NCBI RefSeq assembly: GCF_009834535.1
Contig: NC_045697.1
Coordinates: forward strand, 39,496,001 to 39,560,000
Direction: 5' to 3'
Origin: Camelus ferus
Taxonomy: Eukaryota
Length of the DNA stretch: 64,000 nt
Shown here in pieces: positions 12,516 through 24,589 of this stretch. Under the pieces are notes generated by a model. It made no database searches. It worked only from the letters and a program-made list of their open reading frames with translations, and had not been told where the DNA came from. A program made the position numbers and the translations under genes. Numbering within the stretch: the stretch's first letter is position 1; every line of letters starts with the position of its first letter.

Positions 12516-12744
12516 CTTTTTTTTAAAGTTGGGGTTACTGAGATACAGTATATGTAGTGTAAAATGCTTTCATTTTAGTATAGTGTTCTAAGTTTCCGTA
12601 AAGTCATGCAGTTATGTCACCACCACGGCAATTAAGATGTGGGCCATTTCTGTCATTCCACACAGTTTGCTCATGTTCCCTTTAGTCAACCCTTCCCTTT
12701 ACCGAAGCCATTGGTAACCACTGATCATTCTCTGACCCCACAGC
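12516..12744 (-). mobile_element. Old L1 3'-end fragment
   Basis: T tract + L1M 3'UTR motifs; flanking direct repeat TTTGCAAAGCA (12505-12515, 12745-12755). Confidence 0.7.
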
Positions 12745-13416
12745 TTTGCAAAGCATTTTTCACCTAACTTTTAATAGATCTTATTTTTATTGAGTGCTGC
12801 GATGCATATAATATATAGCTTTAACATGTAGTTAATGTGAATATGACTATTGCAAATGTATCTTGCTTCATCACTTTATCTGCCTTCCATCAGGCAGTCA
12901 TAACTGAAGAATCACAATAACCAGATGTCAGTGTCCTGTGTATAGAGGAAGATGCATTCCTTATTTTTTTTACTGTATTTTATTATGCTAAAATATGCAT
13001 AACATGCAATCTTCAGTCTTAATGATTTTAAGTGTACAATTCAAAGGTTTTAAACACATTCACGTTGTTGTGAAAACTTCAGCAACATCCATCCCCATTA
13101 CTCTCTTTATCTTGTAAAACTGCAACTATATCCCTTAAACATTGACTCCCACTCTCCCCCCGTCACCATCATTATCCTTTCTGTCCTTATGATTTTGACT
13201 ATTTTATTAAGTACTTTATGTAAGTGGAATCATGCAATATTTGTCTTTTTATGCCTGGCTTATTTTACTTAATGTCCTAAAAGTTCACCTATGTTATAGC
13301 ATTATAGTAGAATTTAAATTGGTTTTAAGGCTGAATAATATTACATTGTGTGTATATGTATATATGCATATATGTATATATGTGTGTATTATATATATAT
13401 TATATAAATATATATA

Positions 13417-13627
13417 TAGTTGATCCTTGAACAACATCTATTTGAACTGTGCAGGTCCACTTATATGAAATTTTTCAACAAATGCTGTAGTATTACACCA
13501 CATGAGGCTGGTTGAATCCACGAATGTGGAACCATGGATATAGAGGGCTGACTATAAAGTTACATGAAGATTTTTAAGTATACAGGGATCTGCACCCCTA
13601 CCCCTTTCATTGTTCAAGGGTCAACTG
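13417..13627. mobile_element. Tigger2-derived MITE (TcMar-Tigger)
   Basis: Terminal inverted repeats (T)AGTTGATCCTTGAACAA ... TTGTTCAAGGGTCAACTG; sits next to a (TA)n run. Confidence 0.85.
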
Positions 13628-15184
13628 GACCACATTTTGCTTATCCATTCATCTGTCCATGGGCATTTGTGTTGTTTCCACTTTTTAACAATTGTGAATA
13701 ATGCTGCTATAAATATTGGTATACAAATATCTCTTCTAGACCCTGCTTTTAATTCTTTTGGGTACATACTCAGAAGTGGAATTGGTGGATCATATGGTAA
13801 TTTTATTTTTAGTTTTTTGAGGCACTGCCATATTGTTTCACGTAGGGGCTGTACCAGTTTACATTCTAACCAACAATGTACAACAGTTTCAATTTCTCTG
13901 CATCATCACCTACACTTATTATTGTTGTGTGTGTGTGTTTTTTTTTATATAGTAGCCATCCTAATTAGTGTGAGAGGGTATCTTGTTGCAGTTTTGATTT
14001 CCGTTTCCCTAATGATTAATGATGTTGAGCATCTTTCATGTGGTTATTGGCCATTAATATATCTTATTTGGAGAAATGTCTATTTAAATCCTTTGCTCAC
14101 TTTTGAATCAGGTGTTTTTTTTTGTTGTTGTTGTTATTGTTGCATTGTAGGAGTTCTCTATGTATTCTGGATATCAGACCCTTGTTAGATACATGATTTA
14201 CAAATATTTTCTACTACTGTGGGTTGTCTTTTTACTCTGTTGATAGTGGCTTTTGATGCACAAAAAATTTTAATTTTTATTGAGTCCAATTTGTCTGTTT
14301 TCTTTTGTCTGTGTCTTTGGTGTCATATCCAAGAAATCATTGCCAAATCCAATGTCATGAAGATTTGTCCTTTGTTTTCTTCCAAAATTTTTATCACTTT
14401 AGATCCTTGATCCATTTTGAGTTAATTTTTGTATATGGTGCTAGGCCAGGGCCAACTTCATTCTCTTGCATGTGAATATCCAGTTTTCTCAGTACCATTT
14501 GTTGAAAACACTGTCCATTTCCCATTGGTGTTAGTGTCCTTGCCAAAAATCATTTGACCATGTATGATAGGGTTCATTTTTAGCTTTCTGTTCTATTCTG
14601 TTGGTCTATATGTCTGTCTTTATGTCTGTAGCATACTGTTTTGATTACTGTAGCTTTGTAGTAAGTTTCAGCATCAGGAAATGTGTCTTCTGTATTTCTT
14701 TTTTTCTTTCTTTTTTTTTTTTTTTTTTTGAGTTTGTTTTAGCTATTAGGGGTCCCTTAAGATTCCATATGAATTTTAAGATGGGTTTTTCTATTTCTGT
14801 GGAAAATGCCATTGAAATTTTTACAGGAATTGCATCAAATCTGTAGACTGTTTTGGGTATTATTCACATTTCAACAATATTAAGTCTTCCAATCCATGAA
14901 CATTTGATATGCTTTCATTTACTTATGTCTTCTTTAATTTCTCTCTCCAGTGTTTTGTAGTTTTCATTGTATAAGTCTTTCACCTCCTTGGTAAATTCAT
15001 TCTTAAGTGTTTTGTTCTTTATGATGCTATTGTAAATGGAGTTGTTTTTGTAATTTCCTTTTCAGATTGTTTGTTGTGTTTAGAAATACAATTGAATTTT
15101 GTGTGTTTACTTTGTATCTGCTACTTTGCTGAACTCAGTTATTATTTCTAACAGGTTTTTTTGTGTTTTCTTTAATTTTCTTAT

Positions 15185-15818
15185 GTATATTTTTTATTGA
15201 AGTGTAGTTGATTTACATTACTGTGTTAGTTTCAGATGTACAGCATAATGATTTCAGTATTTTTGAAAGTTATACTCCATTATAAGTTATTACAAGATAA
15301 TGAGTATAATTCCCTATGCTATACAGTATATTCTTATTGCTTGTCTATTTTTATATATAGTAGTTTGTATCTGTTAATCTCGTACTCCTAATTTGTCTCT
15401 CCCCCTTTGATAACCACAAATTTGTTTTCTGTATTTGTGAGTTTGTTTCTGTTTTGCATATACATTCATTTGTATTATTTCTTTAGATTCCAAATATAAG
15501 TGGAATACAGTATTTGTCTCTCTCTGTCTGACTTATTTCACTAAGCATAATATTCTCCAGGTCCATCCACACTGCTGCAAGTGGCAGTACTTTAATCTCT
15601 TTATGGCGAGTAATATTCAATTGTGTATGTATACACACCATGTCTTCTTAATCCAGTTGTCTGTTGATGGGCACTTGGATTGCTTCCATGTCTAGGGTTT
15701 TGTAAATAGTGCTGCTGTCAACATTGGGATGCATATATCTTTTTGAATTAGTGTTTTCATTTCATTTATATACCCAGGAGTTAAATTGCTGGATCATATG
15801 GTAGTTCTATTTTTAGTT
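15185..15818 (-). mobile_element. Nested cetartiodactyl-type L1 3' fragment
   Basis: 'tttttattgaagtgtagttgatttac...gtacagcataatgatt' to 'ggatcatatggtagttctatttttagt', after which host L1 resumes. Confidence 0.8.
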
Positions 15819-17214
15819 AAGATCATGTTTTCTGCAAACAAGAGATACTTTTACTTCTTCCTTTCCGGTTGGGATGCTTTTTATTTCTTCTTGTGTAATT
15901 GCTCTGGCTAGAACTTCCAGTACTGTGTTGAATGAAAGTGATGAAAATGGGTATCCCCTTGCCTTGTAACTGATTTTAGAGAAAAATCTTCAGTTTTTCA
16001 CCATTGAGTATGATATTTGCTGTGGAGTTTTCATATGTGACTTTTATTGTGTTGAGGTAGTTACCTTCTCTCTCTAGTTTGTTGAGTTTATCATGAAAGT
16101 GTGTTGAATTTTGTCAGATGCTTTTTTTCTGCATCAAATGAGATGGTCATGCATCTTTTTTCCTTCATTCTGTTCATGTGGCATATTATACTGATTATTG
16201 TATGTTGCAGCATCTATATATTACAGGAATAAATACTACCTGATCATGGTATATAATTATTTTAATATGCTAGTATTTTGTTGAGAATTTATCATCAGTG
16301 TTTATAAGGGATTTTGGTCTGCAGTTTTATTGTAGTGTCTGTCTGGCCTTGGAATCAATGAAATTGGGTCACATAGAATGAGTTAGGCAGTATTCTTTCC
16401 TCTTGAGTTTTTTAGAAAATTTTGAGAAAAAATTAGCATTGGTTCTTCTTTAAATGTTTAGTGGAATTTACCAGTGAAGCCATCAGGTACAGGGCTTTTC
16501 TTTGTAGATTTTTTGATTACTGATTCAACCTTCTTACTAGTTACAGAGATATTCATATTTTCTATTTCTTCATAATTTAGTGTTGATAGGTTTTGTGTTT
16601 CTAGAATTTTGTCCATTCAATCTAGGTTTTCCAATTTGATGTGTAAATATTTATAGTACTCTCTTATGATCCTTTTTATTTCTGTAGAATTGATAGTAAT
16701 AGCTTCACTTTCATTTCTGATTTTAACAATTTGAGCCTTGTCTCTTTTTTCTTAATCCATCTAGCTAAATATTTGTCAATTTCAAAGAACCAGTTTTTGG
16801 TTTCATTAGTTGCCTCTATTTTTCTGTTGTTATTTATCTCTGCTCTAACCTTGATTATTTCCTTCCTTCTGCTAGCTTTGGACTTTTTAAAAATTCCTTT
16901 TCTAGTTCCTTAAGTTGTAGAGTTAGGTTTTAGATTTGTATTCTTTTCAAAAAATTTATGTGTTCATAGGTGTTAACTTCCTCCTTAGCTCTACTTTGCT
17001 GCATCCTGTAAGTTTTGGTTTGTTGTGGTTTTGTTTTCATTCATCTCTCAGTATTTCCTAATTATCCTTGAGATTTTTTTTCTTTGAACCATTGATTGTT
17101 TATGTGTCATTTAAGTCCACAGATTTGTGAACTTTCCAATTTCCTTTGTTATGGATTTCTAACCTCATCCTATTATGGTAAGAAAAGATACATTGTATGC
17201 TATCTGTCTTTTTA

Positions 17215-20200
17215 TTTTATTTTATTTTTTAACATTTCTTATTGAGTTGTAGTCATTTTACAATGTTGTGTCAAATTCCAGTGTAGAGCACAATTTTTCA
17301 ATTATACATAAACATACATATATTCATTGTCACATTTTTTTCTGCTGTGAAATACCACAAGATCTTGTATATATTTCCCTGTGCTGTACACTATAATCTT
17401 GTTTATCTATTCTACATTTTGAAATCCCAGTCTGTCCCTTCCCAACCCCCACCCACTTGGCAACCATAAGTTTGTATTCTATGTCTGTGAGTCTCTTTCT
17501 GTTTTGTATTTATGGTTTTCTTTTTCTTTTTTTTTCTTTTGCATTCCACATATGAGTGAACTCATACGGTATTTTTCTTTCTCTTTCTGGCTTACTTCAC
17601 TTAGAATGACATTCTCCAGGGACATCCATGTTGCTGCAAATGGCGTTACGTTGTCGGTTTTTATGGCTGAGTAGTGTTCCATTGTATGAATATACCACAG
17701 CTTCTTTTTCCAGCCATCTGGTGATGGACATTTAGGCTGTCTCCATGTCTTGGTTATTGTAAATAGTGCTGCTATGAACATTGGGGTGCAGGTGTCATTT
17801 TGAAGTAGGGTTCCTTCTGGATATATGCCCAGGAGCAGGATGACTGGGTCATATGGTAAGTTTATTCCTAGTCTTTTGAGGAATCTCCATCCTGTTTTCC
17901 ACAGTGGCTGCACCAAACTGCATTCCCAGCAGCAGTGTAGGAGGGTTCCCTTTTCTCCACAGCCTCTCCAGCATTTGTCATTTGTGGACTTTTGAATGCT
18001 GGCCATTCTGACTGCTGTGAGGTGATACCTCATCGTAGTTTTGATTTGCATTTCTCTGATAATTACTGATATTGAGCATTTTTCATGTACCTATTGATCA
18101 TTTGTATTTCTTCCTTGGAGAATTGCTTGTTCAGGTCTGTGCACATTTTTTGATTGGGTTGTTTGGTTTTTTCTTATTAAGTCGTATGAACTGCTTATAT
18201 ATTCTGGAGATCAGGCCTTTGTCGGTTTCATTTGCAAAAATGTTCTCCCATTCCGTAGGTTGTCGTTTTGTTTTGCTTATGGTTTCCTTTGCTATGCAGA
18301 AGCTTGTAAGTTTAATTAGATCGCATTTGTTTATTCTTGCTTTTATTTCTATTGCTTGGATAGACTACCCTAGGAGAACATTTTTGAGATGTATGTCAGA
18401 GAATGTTTTGCCTATATCTTCTTCTAGGAGGTTTATCGTATCTTGTCTTATGTTTAAGTCTTTGATCCATTTTGAGTTTATTTTTGTGTATGGTGTATGG
18501 GCGTGTTCTAGCTTCATTGGTTTACATGCTGCTGTCCAGTTTTCCCAACACCATTTGCTGAAGAGCCTGTCTTTATTCCATTGTATGTTCTTGCCTCCTT
18601 TGTCGAAGATGAGTTGACCAAAAGTTTGTGGGTTCATTTCTGGGCTCTCTATTCTGTTCCATTGGTCCATATGTCTGTTTTTGTACAGTACCATGCTGTC
18701 TTGATGACTGTAGCTCTATAGTATTGTTTGAAGTCTGGGAGAGTTATTCCTCCAGCCTCTTTCTTTTTCTTCAGTAATGTTTTGGCACTCTTAGGTCTTT
18801 TGTGGTTCCATATAAATTTTATTATGATTTGTTCTAGTTCTGTGAAATATGTCCTGGGTAATTTGATAGGGATTGCATTAAATCTGTCGATTGCCTTGGG
18901 CAATGTGACCATTTTAACAGTAGTGATTCTTTCAATCCAGGAGCAGGGGTTATCTTTCCATTTTTTAAAGTCTTCTTTAATTTCCTTAATCAGTGTTTTG
19001 TAGTTCTCCATGTAAATGTCTTTCACTTCCTTGGTTAGATTTACTCCTAGGTATTTCATTACTTTGGGTGCTATTTTAAAGGGGATTGTTTCTTTACTTT
19101 CTTTTTCTGTTGATTTATCGTTAGTGTAAAGAAATGCAACTGATTTTTGAACGTTAATCTTGTAACCTACTACCTTGCTGAATTCTTCAATTATTTCTGG
19201 TAGTTTTTGTGTGGAGCTTTTAGGGTTTTCTATATATAGTATCATGTCATCTGCATATAGTGACACTTTTATCTCTTCTTTTCCAATTTGGATCCCTTTT
19301 ATTTCTCTCTCTTGCCTAATTGCTATGGCTAGGACTTCCAAGACTACATTGGATAGTTGTGATGATAGTGGGCAGCCTTGTCTTGTCCCAGATTTTAGTG
19401 GGAAGCTTTTGAGTTTTTCACCGTTGAGTACTATGCTGGCTGTAGGTTTGTAATATATAGCTTTTATTATGTTGAGATATGATCTCTCTATACCCACTTT
19501 GGTGAGAGTTTTTATCATAAATGGGTGTTGAATTTTATCAAATGCTTTTTCTGCATCTATTGAGATGATGATGTTATTTTTGTCCTTTCTCTTGTTGATG
19601 TGATGTATTACATTAATTGATTTGCATATGTTGAACCACCCTTGTGTCCCTGGGATGAACCCCACTTGATTATGATGTATAATCTTTTTTATGTGCTGTT
19701 GGATTCTATTTGCTAATATTTTGGTGAGGATTTTGGTGTCTGTGTTCATCAGTGATATTGGTCTGTAATTCTCTTTTTTGGTAGTGTCTTTGCCTGGTTT
19801 TGGTATCAGGGTGATGGTGGCTTCATAGAGTAAGTTTGGGAGTATTCCGTCCTTTTTAATCTTCTGGAAAAGTTTGAGAAGGACTGGTATGAGTTCTTTT
19901 TTGTATGTTTGGTAGAATTCCCCAGTGAAGCTGTCCGGTCCTGGACTTTTATTTGTAGGGAGGTTTTTTATTGCTAATTTGATTCCATTTCTAGTGATCA
20001 GTTTGTTCAAGTGGTCAGTTTCTTCTTGATTCAGTCTTGGTGGACTGTATGTTTCCAGAAACTTGTCCGTCTCCTCTAGGTTATCCATTTTGGTTCCATA
20101 TAGTTTTTCATAATAGTCTTGTATGATACTCTGTATTTCTATATTATTTGTTGTAATTTCTCCATTATCCTTTCTTATTTTGCTTATTTGTGCTCACTCT

Positions 20201-20951
20201 TTTTTCTTCTCTGTGAGTTTGGCCAGAGGTTTGTCGATTTTATTTACTCTTTCAAAAAACCAGCTTTTGGTTTGATTGATTTCTTTCTATGGTCTTTTTA
20301 ATCTCTATTTTATTTATTTCCTCCCTGGTCTTTATTATTTTCTTCCTTCTGCTGACTTTGGGTTTTTTTGCTCTTCTTTTTCTAATTCTTTTAGCTGGTG
20401 GGTTAGATTGTTTATTTGAGATTGTTCTTTTTTGAGGAAGGCCTTTATTGCTATAAACTTCCCTCTTAGCACTGCCTTTGCTGTGTACCATAAATTTTGT
20501 GTGGTTGTGTTTTCATTTTCATTTGTCTAAAGGTATTTCTTAATTTCAACTTTGATTTCATCCTTGACCTATTGGTTTTTTAATAGCATGTTGTTTAATC
20601 TCCATTGTTTCCTTTTTTTCTCCTTTGTTTCTCTGTGGTTGATTTCCATTTTCATGGCATTGTGGTCAGTAAAGATGCTTGAGATAATTTCTATCTCCTT
20701 AAAATTGTTGAGGCTTCTTTTGTGCCCAAGTACATGATCAATCCTAGAAAATGTTCCATGTGCACTTGAAAAGAATGTATGTCCTATTTTGGGGGGGTGT
20801 AGTGCTCTGAAAATATCCACCAACTCTAATTTTTCTATTGTATCATTTAATTTCTCTGTTGCCTCATTTATTTTGTGTCTGGAAGATCTGTCTAGTGATG
20901 TTAATGTGGTATTAAAATCTCCGACAATGATTGTATTCCCATCAATTTCCA
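17215..20951 (-). mobile_element. Young 5'-truncated L1 (3.7 kb)
   Basis: TSD CTRTCTGTCTTTTTA (17200-17214, 20952-20966; exact 12-bp core); near-complete ORF2 from mid-EN to C-terminus. Confidence 0.93.
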
Positions 20952-20952
20952 C
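17479..20952 (-). pseudogene. L1 ORF2p (EN partial, RT, C-terminal domain), frameshifted
   Basis: EN motifs IIVGDFNT and SRIDH; 479-aa RT frame 18649-20088 with [38 protein letters not shown]-terminal CWRGC..HCCWEC. Broken into several frames. Confidence 0.93.
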
Positions 20953-21623
20953 TGTCTGTCTTTTTAAATGTATTGTGACCTAATTTGTGGCATTAACACA
21001 TGGTTTGTCCTGGAAAATGTCACATGTACACTTGGGAAGAGTGTACATTCTGTTGTTACTGGGTAGAACATTCTGGGTATATTGATGGGTCTAGTTGATT
21101 TGTTGTTCTCTGAGTCCTCTGTTTCCTCATTTATCTTCTGTCTGGTTGTTCTATCTGTTGTTCTGCGTGGGGCATTGAAATCTCTCCAATTACTATTGTA
21201 GAGCAGTCTGTTTCTCCCTTCAATTCTGTCCATTTTTCCTTTATGTATTTTGTTGCTCTGTCATTAGATGCATAATGTTTGTAATAGTTATCTTGTTGTA
21301 TTGAAATTTTTATGAATATATAATGACCTTCCTTATCTCTTGTAACCTTTTTGACTTAAAGTCTATTATGTCTGATATTAGAATAACCACCTTTGCACTC
21401 TTTTGCTTACTATGTGCATGGAATATCTTTTTCCATCCTTTTACTTCTAACCTGTTTGTGTCTTTGGATCTCAAGTTTCTTGTAGACAGCATATAGTTGG
21501 ATCATGTATCTTTATCCATTCTGCAGGTCTCTGTCTTTTGTTAAAGAGTTCAGTCCATTTACATTTAAAGCAATTCTGTTACTGTAGTATAGTATCTGTT
21601 TTCTATATGCCTTACAGCTTTTT

Positions 21624-21909
21624 TTCCTTTCAGTTTTACTGAGGTATAATTGACACACAACACTGTATAAGTCTAAGGTCTACATCATAATGATTTGACT
21701 TATTTATATAAGGAAGTGATTACTGCAATAAGTTTAGTGTTAATCCATCATCTCATATGGATACAAAAGAAAAGAAAAAGAACTTTTTCCTTGTGATAAG
21801 AACTCTTAGGATTTATTGTGTTAAAAATTTTCATATATAACATAGAGCAGTGTTAATTATTTATCATGATTGTTGTTGTATATTACTTTGCTAGTACTTA
21901 TAGTTGAAA
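21624..21909 (-). mobile_element. Short nested L1 3'-end insertion
   Basis: L1 3'UTR motifs; imperfect TSD GCCTTA(A)CAGCTTTTT (21609-21623, 21910-21925). Confidence 0.75.
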
Positions 21910-22242
21910 GCCTTAACAGCTTTTTTGTAGCTTATTTCCTAATTAGTATTTTCTTTTGTGTTCATTTTTTGTACTGAAAGGTTTAGTTCCTTTCTCATTC
22001 CTTTTGTATACATTCTATGGTTGTTTTCTTTTTGATTACCATGAGAATTATATTTACTATCCTGGAGTTTTAATATTCTAATTTGTATAAATATCAGCTT
22101 TAATAAATGTCAGTTTTTTAGGATCAGTAACATACAAAAACTGCACCTTTACAGCTCCATTCCCACCCCTTTTGGTTGTTGATGTCAAAAATTATATCTT
22201 TAATACATTGTGTGCCCCAAGACATAAACTAGTAATTCCTTT

Positions 22243-23755
22243 TTTTATATTTTAACATACTTCTCTTTTTATCATTGAAATGTACTTGACATATAACATT
22301 ATATTAGTTTCAAGTGTACAACATAATGATCAACTATAGTCTCATTAAAAAAGGAAAACCACCAAGATGTATGTCAAAAAGCTTGCCTTCTATGTCTTTT
22401 TTATGAGTTTTATGGTTTCAGATCTTACACTCAAGTCTTTAATTCCCTGTGAGATAGTGGTCTGATTTTATTCTTTTGCTTGTGGCTGTCTAGTTTTTCC
22501 CAACACCATTTATTGAAGATACTGTTCTTTCTCCACTGTATATTCTTAGCTCCCATGTTATAAATTGACCATACATGCATGGTTTTATTTCTGTGTTCTC
22601 AATTCTGTTCCATTGATCTGTTTGCCTGTTTTTATGCCAATAATATATTGTTTTGATTACTGTGGCTTTGTAATATAGTTTGAGATCAGAAAGTGTGACG
22701 CCTCCAGCTTTGTTCTTTCTCAAGATTGCTTTGGCTATTTCATTGTCTTTTGTGGTTTCATACACATTTTAGGATTTTTTTTTCTATTTCTGTGAAATAT
22801 GTCTTTGGAATTTTGATAGAGATTTTATTGAGCCTATAAATTGCTTTGGGTATTATGGATATTGTAACAATATTAATTCTTCCTGTCCACAAGCACAGGA
22901 TATCTTTCCATTTATTTGTATTTTCTTCAGTTTCTTTCATCAGTGTCTTACAGATTTCAGCATATAGGTCTTTTACTTCCTGTTTAAATTTATTCCTAGG
23001 TCTTTTATTCTTTTTGATATAATTGTAAGTGGGATTGTTTTCTTTATTTCTCTTTCTGATAGTTTGTTATTAGTGTATAGAAACACAACTGATTTTTGTG
23101 TATTTTTTGTTTATCCTGCAACTTTACTGAATTCACAGATTAGTTCTAATAATGTTTTGGTGAAGCCCTTGGGGTTTTATATATATATAATATTATGTCA
23201 TCTGCAAAGAGTGACATTTTAATTTTTTCCTCTCCACTCTGAATGTATTTTAATCCTTTTTCTTGCCTAATTGCTCTGGCTATGGGTTCCAATACTGTGC
23301 TGAATAAACATGGTGAAAGTAGACATCCTTGTTTTGTTTCTGATATTAGAGGAAAATCTTTCAGCTTTGCACCATTGAATATGTTGTTAGCTGTGAGCTT
23401 ATCACCCATAGTCTTTCTTATATTGAGGTACATTCCCTCTACACCTACTTTGTTGCAAGTTTTTAATCATAAATGAATGTTGAACTTAGATGCTTTTTCT
23501 GTAGCTATTGAAATGATCATATAATTCTTGTCTTTTCACTTTGTTAATGTGATTATCATATTGATTTGCAAGTGTTGAACCATCTTTGCATCCTTGGAAT
23601 AAATCCCACTTGATCATAGTGTGTGGTCCTTTTAATGTATTATTGAATTCAGCTCGCTAATATTTTGTTGAGGATTTTGTGTCTTTGTTCATTAGGAATA
23701 TTGGCCTGTGATTTTCTTATCTTTTAGTGTTCTTGTCTGGTTATGATATCAGGGT
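22243..23755 (-). mobile_element. Nested L1 (ORF2 RT/C-terminal part + short 3' tip)
   Basis: Imperfect TSD AACTARTAATTCYTTT (22227-22242, 23756-23771); ORF2 fragments [40 protein letters not shown]. Confidence 0.8.
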
Positions 23756-24589
23756 AACTAATAATTCTTTTAAATCACTAGTCTCTTAGATTTGGAGTGA
23801 CAAGCCAAAGTTACAGTATTACTAGCTTTTACAGTAATAAGTTTTTTGAACTTTAAGTATAGTAGTCTCTTAAATTATGTAGAAAACAGTGCAGTTACTG
23901 ACCATTGTTACAGTAACACAAGCTTTTATAATTGCCCATGTATTTACCTTTTTTGAAATATTGATTTCTCCATACAGCTTCAGTTTACTGTCTAGTGTCC
24001 TTTCATTTCACTGTGCAGGACCCCCTTGAGCATTTATTACAGGGTAGATCTGTTGGTCACTAACTCCCTCAGCTTTTGCTTATCTGGGAATATCTTAATT
24101 TCTCCTTCACTTTTGAAGAACACTTTTGCCACATGTATGATTATTGGTTGACAGTTTCTTTATTTTAGGATTTTGAATATATCAGTCTCTGCCCCAAAGT
24201 TTTTGGTAAGAAATCTGTTGATAATCTGATTGAGGATTCTTTGTATATGATTCACTTCTCTCTTGCTGCTCTCGAGATTCTCTCTTTGTCTTTTGAAAGT
24301 TGTAGTATGTCTCAGGGTGGGTCTTTGAGCCCTTTGAGCTTCTTGAATATTTATACTCAAATCTTACATCTTGAAGTTTTCAGCCATGATTTCTTCAAAT
24401 ATGCTGTCTGCGCCTCTCTCTTTTTTCCTAAAACTTCCACAATACGTATGTTGCTTCACTTGCTGGTGTTTCATAAGTCCATTAGGCTCTATTTACTTTT
24501 CTTTGATATTTTTTCTTCCTGTTCCTCAGACTCAGTAATTTCCATTGTACTAGCTTCATGTTCACTGATTCTTTCTTCTTCCTACTGAT

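Noticed and set aside
13610..14188. 192-aa hydrophobic ORF (and similar at 18072-18617) as a membrane protein
   Set aside because: Antisense reading of A-rich L1 ORF2 gives F/L/I-rich pseudo-ORFs.
18649..20088. 479-aa reverse-transcriptase ORF as an active element, domesticated gene or retron-like system
   Set aside because: It is ordinary L1 ORF2 inside a TSD-flanked, 5'-truncated copy with frameshifts on both sides and no ORF1 or promoter.
20569..21233. Two tandem endonuclease-domain segments suggesting duplication or recombination
   Set aside because: Explained by a young L1 inserting, with TSD, into the EN region of an older L1 in the same orientation.
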